This document shows positions 24,765 to 35,198 of a DNA stretch of 39,593 bases, one piece after another. How positions within the stretch are numbered: position 1 is the first letter of the stretch; every line of letters starts with the position of its first letter. The DNA lies in assembly GCA_013115125.1 (NCBI GenBank), contig JABANN010000321.1:1-39593 (forward strand), written 5' to 3'. A program made the translations under genes and the position numbers. The notes beneath the pieces were generated by a model. That model was not told the DNA's origin, searched no databases, and saw only the letters and a list, made by a program, of their open reading frames with translations. Source of the DNA: Perkinsus olseni (lineage: Eukaryota).

Positions 24765-25694
24765 ATGCTGGCTATCACTCTCTTGACTACGGTCATAGTA
24801 TTTTGTGTGCTTGGGAAGCCTTCTCCGAGCCACGAAGCTCGAGGCCTTGCAGCCTTCGAGCCAACCTACAACGTCTTCGAATACCCTGGAAGATTTGTAC
24901 TCAACTACAAGACGCCCGTGTATACCGTCGAGATCGAGTACAAAATACTCTACAAGGGAGCGCTCTACTTCAGCATCCAGTGTCAACAAGGAGATGATGA
25001 GCCGGGTAAATTCACGGACGGCCCCTTCGCCTTAGCCTCGTTTCAAAAGTCTCCGGGGTTCGAGCACTTCTACATTGACTTTACCCCGCCGGAGTCCGCG
25101 AACACCTTCTTCTCCTATCGTTACGCGCCCTTGGGCGTCGAGGTTTTGAACGAAGGCATTAGGGCCGTTTGTCCCCAGCTCGAATTTCGCTATGGCGACT
25201 TCGAGGGTTTTCTCCTCACCTCGCCTGACTCTGCCGAGATCCTCGTCAACGGTGCCCAGGTCGAAATTTGGCGCTACACTGAGCCGGTCGTTGAGGGCAC
25301 ATACAGATTAAACTCGACGGACTCTAAGGAGCAGTGCGACGGCGCCAACTTCGTAATCCGAGCCAACCTAGGCTTTCGTGAATTTCTACCATCCGCCGAT
25401 TTTCAATGCACTCGTGGAAAAGGTGCTGGTTATTCACAGTTCGGCTATGGCGACTTGAGGCAAGATGAGCCCGGCAGACCGTACTACGTCTTGGTCCCAG
25501 GTCGCCCGAGACTCGAATGGATTCAATGGATACGCGAGCGTTGTGGAGCTTGTTTCGACATCAGGGACGATGATATGGTGAAAATAGGGTTCGAATACGG
25601 AGCTACCTTGCCGTCTTTGGTTACCAACGTTGGTGGCAAGAGGATGTACTTCGAGTGGCAAACGGCTGATCTTCTTCCGGAGGAAAATGGCTAA
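24765..25694 (+). CDS. Intronless secreted hypothetical protein (about 309 aa)
   Basis: Long clean ORF; the first ATG gives a signal-like MLAITLLTTVIVFCVLG. Two loosely similar halves, each ending IR..C...F..R..D. Confidence 0.75.
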   Translation: MLAITLLTTVIVFCVLGKPSPSHEARGLAAFEPTYNVFEYPGRFVLNYKTPVYTVEIEYKILYKGALYFSIQCQQGDDEPGKFTDGPFALASFQKSPGFEHFYIDFTPPESANTFFSYRYAPLGVEVLNEGIRAVCPQLEFRYGDFEGFLLTSPDSAEILVNGAQVEIWRYTEPVVEGTYRLNSTDSKEQCDGANFVIRANLGFREFLPSADFQCTRGKGAGYSQFGYGDLRQDEPGRPYYVLVPGRPRLEWIQWIRERCGACFDIRDDDMVKIGFEYGATLPSLVTNVGGKRMYFEWQTADLLPEENG

Positions 25695-25847
25695 TTGCAG
25701 TCGAAGTTCAGTATCCCAGTGCTCCTGTTTTTATTGATAGAAGCGTTGAAGCATTAGTTATGTTGTACAAACATGTGTATTGTTTGAGCGATTAGTTGCA
25801 TTGGGTCATCTCCATGTCGCCCATTATGATTTCTCCTTCGTCGTACC

Positions 25848-25869
25848 ACATCATCATGATGTCATCATG
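25848..25869. mobile_element. 22-bp scar, 8-mer ACATCATG
   Basis: acatcat catgatgt catcatg. Confidence 0.7.
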
Positions 25870-26702
25870 TACTTTAGGCGTAGTAGTAGCGCCGCCAAAC
25901 TGTGCCGGCTGAGTCAACAGTAACTCGTTTGTATCATCGGCGATTCAACCCCCTAAGAGGCTACTCATCATCATATACCTGTCTTTTCAATCGCAATACT
26001 CAGTCTGAGTCACCCGTGTGACAAACCTATTTTTTCTTCACTATTTATTTTGTTACATCACTGGTTTTCACTCTGCGCTGGACAGGATGTTCAGGTCGTA
26101 TCACTGAAGGTGATTCGTCCTGTGGCTGAATCTCCTGTGGTCACGATGGCATCGTTTGCCGTCGCGCTGGTGATGACCAGTATGTACATTTTGGTAAGCA
26201 CCCAATGTGCTTGCGTGCGACCATGGTACGCTCATTTTGCCCTGGCCAAGCAGTGGCCGATTTTTCATGGCTGGGCTCACTATACTGGACGTGAGATCAC
26301 GTTCGTCATTAACACTACAACTCGTCTACAGAGCTGAATGGCGATGAGTTCCGAGGAGTCGGGGTCACAACTATCAATGATTTCTGTTGCTCTACTCAGT
26401 TTGCCGAAAACTGCGTGCTCTCCTACAGCTGATGGGATAACGAACCGATCCGTCGTTACGGGGGCATGTATCTCAAGGGTTCGGTTACTTACGACCAAAC
26501 AGGAGGCTACTGTTGGCTTCTTCTCAGCAGCAACCGCTCCTGTCAGGAGCGCTTGCTGCTGAGAAGAAGCACAGAATTACGGATGTAATAGGAGTCGGCA
26601 GGGAAGGGGGAGGGGCGCAGATTCGCTTCGAAACGATGTCGGTTGATATCGTCGGAAGAGACCGTCTTAGGGTATCTTTGGTGTCGTTCAATAGACCAAT
26701 CC

Positions 26703-26785
26703 CCAAACTCGGAATCGATTCTGGAACTACGTTCTTCTACGTGTCAAAATCGCTTCCAGAATCGATTCTGAGATTCAGAATTACT
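26703..26785. repeat. About 80-bp element with paired (A/G)GAATCGATTCT palindromes
   Basis: aaactcggaatcgattctggaa...ttccagaatcgattctgagattcagaatt. Confidence 0.65.
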
Positions 26786-27040
26786 TCGTTTAACGGGGGG
26801 TTTGTGTCATGCTGTGACCTGTTTATCGTTAGCACATGGTGTTTCTGGGCCAGGCCCGAGCGTATCTTCGCCAGCGAGGTCCTAGGAAATTTGATCGTCC
26901 GAAGGTGACGAGTATCTCTCCCACTGATGCTATTGGACACTTCCTTGTGATGATGATATCTCACAGTGAGATTCTCACTTTTGTCCATGCTGGTGGTCCT
27001 CCGCTATTGGGTGCTGCTGCTGATGGCATGATTATTTTGG

Positions 27041-27817
27041 GTAGTTGATGCAGTGTCCATGTTGAGAGACGACAAGTCGGTAGTTTCACTGTGCTACAGC
27101 GGAGATCGTGTATTGGCCCCTTACAGGGATGATAGGGTCATCGAAGCCTTCCAGAAGTGAGTGCTTGATTAAGTTTGGTCTACTACGTCCTGATGAATTT
27201 CCCTTCTTCTGCCCTCCGACCATCTCGGACATCTGTTCCTCGCTCAACATGCTGCAGTAGATCTCCACGACGCGTCGTGAGTGGGCTAACTGTTGTGGGG
27301 TGGGGTCAGCGTGCGTTGTCACCACCTTAACTCCTTGTCGTATCTCGTCGCAGATCTCAGTCGCGAACTTGTTGTCAAACACTCGTGTCGAACGGAATTG
27401 ATTTCGGAGCCTAGCTTCTCCTCGTCTGCCTCGTGCGAGATTTTTTTCCCGTGAAAACAACCCGCTCGGTCAACGCTTTAATAGGGTATTCTGACCCTAT
27501 AGCAGCAGACCTCCTGTAATGGTGGTCATCAGTGAATGGATGCCGTTCGGCAGAACATTTTCACACGAACCGATAACTGCAGTCTCGGAAGCTCCAGCCA
27601 CACTTGATTGATGTACCCGAATGCAGGGACGTCAGCCCAAGGCGCCTCTTCCAGTCGTGGTGGGGGAAAATGATTTTCTTTCAATAAAGATTCCGACGTG
27701 CTCGTTTGGAGTCTATTAAAAAGCATAACGAGTGTTGGCGATTTTGTGGGTTCTCTGGTGTACGGTACGATCTTCCATCTGATTGATCGGGTCTGTGCCG
27801 CTAGGAAGAGTTTGTGA
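27041..27817 (+). pseudogene. Cof-type HAD hydrolase, copy C, internal deletion of about 0.9 kb relative to copy B
   Basis: Exon VVDAVSMLRDDKSVVSLCYSGDRVLAPY. Sequence matching B at about 21460 is joined directly to sequence matching B at about 22395 (LIDRVCAARKSL*). Confidence 0.65.
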
Positions 27818-27937
27818 AGGGAGGTGTCTTTTTCAGTGTTTAGTTTTTCCTTGTCTTCGAGACGGAGATGGACGTGTTGAGTTGGAGGGGAGGTGGACGG
27901 TTTTTCATCAGTAAATTGTTTTTATCCACATCTCCTA

Positions 27938-29489
27938 ATGGCTGGCCAGGCTGAGAAGAAGAACAAGGCGAGGGCTGAGCAATTGACGAAGGTAGTAATC
28001 GAAAGGTCCCGGGTTCGAATCCCCGGGGGGGCGTCTCTGTCCCCATGACACAAAGCTTCCGGAAGGGTCACCGGGTAGCTGATGTGATTTGGGGGAAATG
28101 TGGTATCTGTTTTCAGTACTACTTCTTCGCAGTAGCGATTGTTAACTCGATATATATATCCTACAAGGTCCTGCCACAATGGAACACATTTGGTGAGTGG
28201 ATTTCTGTGGTTAGCGCGCGCCCTGGTGATCGATTTCCTCGGTAGCGACTGTTGTATTGGGAGGTAGACAGATTGTGAAGTGGTGTGAGAATTGAACTTG
28301 GGTCGTTTGAAGACGAACTGTGGGCGGAAGGGTGCTCTTCTCAGATGCCTACAACATCCTGGGTTTTATCCTCTTCTCTGTGGTATCATACTTCACCTAC
28401 AACTCCATCATCAGCTCCCTGAAACTGGGGGTGCCTGCTGATTCGAGCAACGATCTGTTCATTATCAACCTCACCACCCAGGTAGGAATGCTTGGTTGAG
28501 GTCCCTGGTTCAATCCCCGCGGCCTGCGTTTTTTCGCATGGGAGTTCCGCAGTATATCGGTTGAGCTTTCCTTTCCTTTAACTATCTAGTTTCCTAACTT
28601 TTCTTGTCAACGTGTCTCCACTCATACGCTGATCGGGAAAATGACTAGCAACTATCTTAGCGTTGAGGAAATGCAAGTGGAGCATGATTTGTCTAGATTC
28701 ATGATTCTCCTTGGTCAGTTCCTAGTGACGTTCACGTCGTATGGTTGGTATTTGTATCTGACCGTACCAGCCTATCTACTGTATAAGGCAGGACTGTTCA
28801 TCAAGGACTACGCCTTCGCTGGGGCTGGTCAAGAGGAGGTAGTTAGGAGTAGGGGGAGGAGTGGTATGTCAGATTATCATCGTTCTCGAGGCTGTCCATC
28901 TGAGTGAACCATCTTCTTGTGAGTGATTTGAGTGGGATATCATGAATTGATACTGCATGGTAGCTCAGCCTATGAGAGCCCATAATACTAATAATATCTG
29001 ACTAATATTGTTACTCAATTGTGCAATACTTATACTCTTAATATTGCATACGACAGTGGACACGTAGATTGAAGATGGGTCATCCTCATCACGACTCGGA
29101 CATGTTAGTAATACTGGTAGTAGCGCTGGACGACAGTTATCGCACCTACCTTTGCCGCTGGTTCGTTTCCTGTATGATCGTACATGATGATAGGGTCTAC
29201 ATTTTCTGCGGTGATATGACTTAGTCGGACATGCGAGTGATAGTAATACTGATACGACTGTCGCTCCCCTTAATGCTTTGACGCCGGTGGTACTTTTTTT
29301 CCTGTATTATCCTTCGTGATGGTAGGGTCTCCATCCACTGTGTATTCATTACTGCCTCGCTTGCTCGCGTCATTGTGTTACTTGTAGGAGACTGAGGAGT
29401 CGGAGGAGCAGCGTCGCAAGAGGGAGAAGAGAGAGGCTAAGAAGGAGCGCCACATGCAGCAGCCGAAGTACAGGGTTATGCGCAAGTGA
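27938..29489 (+). CDS. TMEM208: TMEM208/SND2-like (DUF788) ER membrane protein; exons about 27938-27991, 28117-28192, 28345-28481, 28719-28838, 29388-29489
   Basis: Spliced product MAGQAEKK...YYFFAVAIVNSIYI...NDLFIINLTTQFLVTFTSYGWYLYLTVPAYLLYK...basic tail KKERHMQQPKYRVMRK matches DUF788 family features; all introns are GT-AG. Confidence 0.75.
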
Positions 29490-29568
29490 TGGGCACAGGA
29501 TTTCTATTGGTCGGTGGGTGTTGGACTTGGGGTTGGGTGGGGAATGGAGATTCAGTTTTGTTTCGATC

Positions 29569-31847
29569 ATGCCGAGCATCCCCGCCCCCTCATCGCCTCC
29601 CTCTTCCTCGTCGTCTTTAATAAATAAGTCAGGGGGAGATCTGAGCGTAGTGGATTTAATATGTGCTGATATGGACGGGACATTATTATCACCCGATCAT
29701 AATATACCCGATATAACATTTAATAGGATTAATAAAGCTGATAATAATGGATGTAACAACAACAACAACAACAACAACAAAACCATCATACCAACAATCC
29801 CCTGCATCAGGTCCGGTAGTACCTGCTACTGGCAGATGCCGCTGGTCTGCTGCTAAGTGCTTCGCACCTGGAGGAGTTGACCTGTAATAAAATGCCCTGG
29901 GTGGGAATCGAACCCGGGACCTTTCGCAGGTACTCTCGTCCCGGTATCTACTTGAACGGTTGTGTGGTTTATGACCAGACTGGGTCTGTAGCGGCAGAGA
30001 AGACTCATTCTTACGATGATGTAATAAAATGCGGCAACCGGCGGTCAGGAAGGGTATCTTAGGTTGACCCATGCGTTTCTCGGAATGTGGTGATTCAGAA
30101 TTGAATCATTGTTGTCCCATTGTAATATTATTGTATATACTAACGGCTATAGTTTATTAAACTTAATATGCCTAAAAATGCTATAATAATACCACAAAAT
30201 TCATATATCATATATAATTATGATAAGATACCCTATGATACCGATGTTGCTCAGGTGGTGTCTGTAGTAAACAACTTCAAAGACGAGGATAATGTAGTGA
30301 TAATGTGCTGCAGTGGTGATCATGTCTACGCCCCTTTCGAGTCCCCCGTCATAGCGTCACTGGCCGACACGTAATATTAAAAAGAGGGGCAGATCGATCA
30401 AAGATTCGCCGTTTTCTTGTCGCTTGCCAGAGTCGACCTATGATTCTTTCGGTAGTTTGAATTTGGTTTAGTGCCCTTCCTGTCAGCTTTGTTGTTATAC
30501 GACGACTTTTAAAGAGTTTGGGCGATCGTGATGTCATGGGCTGCTTTGTCGATCGCCAGGTTTTTCTCTGTTTCATCATCTGTGTGTCTCCGGTAAAGAC
30601 TAATGAGGATCATCAGTGACGACCGCCAGCAAAGACTCCTTACTTGCTCTCATCAGTCAGGGTTCTCTCGGTGTTTTCATTGGAATCGGTGACCATTGTT
30701 ATTTCATATCGTCTGATGAGGATGATCGTTGCGGTCGAGTTGGTCTTGGCGTCATCTTCTTACGTATTTCTACTCGTCATTATTACGCAAGGTACGGCGA
30801 CCCTTACCCAGAGAACTGTGGGTCGTATGATGGTATGTTGGAGAGAATCAAGAAGGAGAGTATACCGGTCCATATGGTAGGTGGGGCATCCTCCTCTTGC
30901 TGGTGATCTTCGGACCATCAGCGTTGGTTATAGTGGGGCATAGGAACTTCCCAAGTACCACTACTATCGGTGCCTTTCCAGGGGAAGCCCGGGCGATCCT
31001 TCAGAGGTGCAGTGCTACTACTCGGATGCAGATAAATTCCTCGTCTCAATCCTCGAGCTCCTCGTCATCATTCGCCAGACCTTCTGCGTCAGGATTGCTG
31101 GGCAATCGATACTGATGAGGCGTATCTCGTACGTGGTTCGTTCTCAGATTCATATCATGTCTACAGAGGGGTCGCTGTCGCCAACGGTGTTGGAGAAAGC
31201 TCAGAATTTCGCCAAGTACATGGGCGAGTTCGTGCCGAGTCGTCGTAGTAACGTGGAGGAATCTTCTTCTCCGTGCGCTAGGTCGGGAGGCTGCACCTCG
31301 GCACAGTCTCTGCCGTTCTTGACGGATATCATCCCCGCTGGAGCACACAAGGGTTTTGGAGTCGATGCTCTTGAGGAGAAGCTGGGATGTAGGCGGAGCG
31401 AAGCGATTCATGATTGCACATTTTCGGTGGTGATTGGTCAGATAAGTGCGTAGCCTGTGTTGGTGATGCCCTCAACGACTACCAGATGCTCAAGGAGGCC
31501 GATATTTCCGTTGCTATGGGAAATGCCATCCCTCAAATCAAGGTGAGTGAGGAACTTCCCTGCCATAGATTCAGTCCCGGGTTCGATCCCTGGTGGAGGC
31601 ATTTCTGATATATTTGCTATTCTATTGGTGGTGATTCTATTACTTCACTTGAAAAAGTTTACCAATCACTACCAATTCCGGCAGTTCCCGTTCTGTTGAC
31701 AACCCCACAGCGCTCCGCATGCTTGTCCGTCGTTCATGTGTTTTTCTGCAGGAGCTGGCCTCGATGGAGGTGAACCCGAACTCAGCTGAAGTGCCCGGCG
31801 TCGCCGATCTCGTAGATAGGGTCCTGGCCGCTAAGCGTGCTCATTAA
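29569..31847 (+). CDS. Cof-type HAD-IIB hydrolase, copy D (multi-exon)
   Basis: ADMDGTLL, VPATGR, RPGIYLNG, AHKGFG, CVGDALNDYQML..VAMGNA, VPGVADLVDRVL*. Confidence 0.85.
29754..29780 (+). repeat. (AAC)n microsatellite in HAD copy D intron 1
   Basis: About 8 units here versus about 3 in the equivalent intron of copy A. Confidence 0.85.
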
Positions 31848-32001
31848 GGGACAATGTTCATAATGACCTTGTTCATAATACTGTGTATTCCAGGCACAAT
31901 TTCTCGTTTCTTCGTCCAGTAGTATCTTAGGTTGAAGCGGGGTAGATACGGAATATCTCCGTAAGGTTACTCTTTCTTCCTCTCCTTCTTTCTATTTCGC
32001 C

Positions 32002-33573
32002 ATGTTCTTCGGTGGAGATCCGTTCGAAGACTTCGCGGGTGCAGCAGGGATGGGCGGCGGTCCTCGCGGTGACGTAGATACTCAGAAGTATTATGACATT
32101 CTGGGCGTCTCGAAGGATGCCACTACCGCGGAGATCAAGAAAGCGTAAGTTGGGGAGCTGGGTGAACCAATGCTGATTTCGCTCGCCCGAAGGATTCCAT
32201 GCGAAAAGGGAGGGAGCTGTTATTGTGAGCAGTGATGAATAAACTGGTTGGGAAACTCAGAATCGATTCTGGAATTACATTCTGTGAGAGAGAATAAATT
32301 ACAGAATCGATTCTGGTTTTCAGTAATAGTTTGCTGAGAAAGGGCTCAGTGTCGAGGAGTTCTCAGTGTCGTTTTTCAGGTTCCGAAAATTGGCCATTAA
32401 GAACCACCCGGATAAGGGCGGTGATGCTGAGAAGTTCAAGGAGATCACTCGGGCCTACGAGGTCCTCAGTGATGATGAGAAGCGACAAAAATACGACCGT
32501 TTCGGCGAGGAAGGTGTTGACCAAGAGGGTGAGTGTGTTTTGCCTGCGTATCTTATTACTTGTCTTGTACAAGCATCAACCTAAGATTCCCCTTAGGTCC
32601 GAGTGGCGCTGGTATGGACATGTTCGATATGATGTTCGGCGGTGGACGATCTCGTCATGGCGGCAAGCGGAAAGGGGAGGACATCAGCCACGTGCTAGAG
32701 GTCTCCTTATCACAGTTCTACAACGGAGCCACCCGCAAGCTCGCCATCAACCGTGTGGTCATCGATCGCTCCGTCCCTGTCAAGACCTGCAATGCTTGCG
32801 ACGGTCAGGGGGTTGTGATGAAGGTGGTCCGAATGGGCCCGATGATCCAGCGTGTCCGACAGGCGTGCCCGCAGTGCAGCGGACAGGGGCAGAGCTTCAA
32901 GACCAAGAAGAGCAAGGAGATCATTGAGGTCCACATTCAGAAGGGTATGAAGGATGGCCAGCAGATTCCCTTCCGCGGGATGGCTGATGAGAGCGATCCT
33001 TCGGAGGAGCCTGGTGACTTTATTGTCGTGTTGAAGCAGAAAGCGCCTCAGAATGACGCTGCTGCCAAGGGCTTCACTCGGAAGGGCAACGATCTCTATT
33101 TGCGGAGATCGATTACTCTGTTGGAGGCCCTCACTGGGTACACCACTGTGATCGACCACATGGATGACCGGAAGCTCATCGTGAAGTCCGGCAAGGGTGA
33201 GGTTATCAAACCTGTTGACCTGGCGGCTGAGAAGCACCTCCTGAAGTGCGTTAAGGGCGAGGGCATGCCCAGCCCGCAGAACCAGTTCGTGTGCGGCAAC
33301 CTATTCCTCATCCTCGACATCGTGTTCCCTGAGCATATCAAGGAAGATGCCTGCAAGAAGTTGGCCGCGATTCTTCCGCATCCTAAGAGCGCTCCTAAGA
33401 TTACCGCCAAAATGGACAAGGAATATGAGCATCATCAATTGGTGGACATGGACCCAGCTGAGAGTCTGAGGGCTCAGCAGTCTTATGGAGGCTCGAGAGA
33501 GGCCTATGATGAGGATGACGAGAACGATGGCATCCCTGGTGGTGCTCAGAGGGTTCAATGTGCTCAGCAGTAA
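32002..33573 (+). CDS. dnaJ: Type I (DNAJA/Ydj1-like) Hsp40; exons 32002-32144, 32380-32528, 32597-33573
   Basis: J domain with YYDILGV and HPDKGGD, G/F region, CxxCxGxG x2, C-terminal domain, CaaX box CAQQ. Confidence 0.93.
32251..32330. repeat. About 80-bp paired AGAATCGATTCT element in DnaJ intron 1
   Basis: aaactcagaatcgattctggaatt...aattacagaatcgattctggttttcag. Confidence 0.65.
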
Positions 33574-34099
33574 TCCTGTAGATATGTCTAGTTGTTGATC
33601 GTACTGCTGTTATTCTACTATGGCCGCCGTCTGCTGTTAAAGCAGCAGCAGCAGCAGCTAACGTTATCCTTCCCCCCGCGTTGTTCTTCTGATCTAGTAT
33701 AGTAGTCATGGCTCGAGTTAAGCCTCGGTGAGTCAATCGTAACCCGTGGGTTAACCTTGAGAGCGATGAAACGCGGCGATGCTTTCTGGTTTCCATCAGT
33801 ATTCAGCAACCACATCGAGCGTCCGATTCGACCGACCCTGCATGAATCAGGCCTAGAAGAGACCTCGGTAGACCTCACAAGGAACACAATCATCCGAGGA
33901 TCCGAGGCATCGGAGGCGTAGTTGGAGTTCCCAGGGCCGAGCTCAGGTAACTGAGCTCGAGTTGGGGTAGAAAGCCTGAGTATTTGTGAATGTACAAAAA
34001 TTGCCAGAGAGGCTGTCATAGTCGACGTTGCAGGTGAGGCATGTCACATCCGACTGTAGCAAATGGTGAATCGCGCTGACCGGGACATCGCTGAGTTTA

Positions 34100-34849
34100 A
34101 CAGCATCTTCCTCATTCCGCAACGATGTACACTCTCTCACCTAGGATCTGTGTAGAAATCGAGTTGGGACTAACGAATGCCAACTCAACTAAGTCATTAG
34201 GCTCAAGCAATGTCGAGCACGTTTGCTTAGCCTGAGCCTTGGCCTCGTCAAAATGAATAAGGTCGACCTTTTGAATACGATAGAAGATGTTGGACTCACG
34301 GTGAGGTCGACGAAAAATAGCGCACCAAAGAACGGAGCCGGATAATGCCCCGAGCATGTCATCTCCAGTACTCCGGATTCACCGTCGAGCAACCGGAAGG
34401 AGATGTTGATACAGTACTTAAAGAAGTGTACGAGTACCGTTTCTCGTTCGACCGAAACGTTGTCCTCCTGCTGAAGGTCACCGTCTCGCCTTCCACGATG
34501 ATAGTTAGGGTATTCTCGGTGGGGAAGGTGAAAGTGGCGAGGTCGCCGTCAACGATTTGAGTGGAGCGAGCCAGCACAAGCCAACCTGAATTGACGCTTC
34601 CACCTGGGGATATCATCACTCGAAGCCGAGATCGAACTCGTTAGAGCCTGTCCCCTGCCTGAGGAAAACCTCTCCATGGCTGGATGCATTCTGACCACCA
34701 CAGTCGTAAGTGGCGTTCAAATTTGCCTTCTCGTCCACATCAAGGATAATAGAATACCAATCAGACCGATATTCAAACCTTCCAACCGGTTGAGCTTTCC
34801 CCGAAATGAAAAAAATGCCCGAAACGAAGAGAGCAGTGATGGTGGGCAT
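34100..34849 (-). pseudogene. Frameshifted secreted hypothetical protein
   Basis: Signal peptide MPTITALFVSGIFFISGKAQPVGRF, then segments in shifting frames (WKRQFRLAC, DGDLATFTF..LTIIVEGETVTFSR). Loosely resembles the 24765-25694 protein; the 3' end is uncertain. Confidence 0.5.
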
Positions 34850-35124
34850 GAAAACGGTGGCTCTAGCAAGAAATAACTTATTTCCTTATTTCAAATAAGG
34901 ATCCCATTGCAGTGCCACAAGTGGCCAATTCACCAAGCCACGCACAAAGGTACAGGCTGAGGGAGATCAGGTCAATGCTTCTGATGCCTTTATAGCGCAA
35001 CCGATACTGCCAGGGTTCAATAAGCGTGCGTGCCACGGAGGGACGGTCCCCCTGTAGTGCCTTTGCTCGCGCCTTCCGAGTTTCAGCTGTGTTTCAGCTA
35101 TCAAAGCTCGGAAGGCTACCAGCT

Positions 35125-35198
35125 AGTGCGCAAGTGCGGAAGTGCGGAAGTGCGCAAGTGCGGAAGTGCGGAAGTGCGGAAGTGCGGGCGCACTTCCG
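35125..35198 (+). repeat. 8-bp tandem repeat AAGTGCG(G/C), about 8 copies, followed by one inverted copy
   Basis: Read directly; ends ...aagtgcgggcgcacttccg. Confidence 0.9.

Noticed and set aside
28959-28985. GGTAGCTCAG..GAGAGC as a tRNA 5' half pairing with the intronic 3' halves (split or permuted tRNA)
   Set aside because: Short match with no acceptor-stem complementarity to nearby 3' halves; could be chance
32710-33558. Antisense ORFs over DnaJ (similar ones overlap CA and GH18)
   Set aside because: Shadow ORFs expected from codon bias of the real gene
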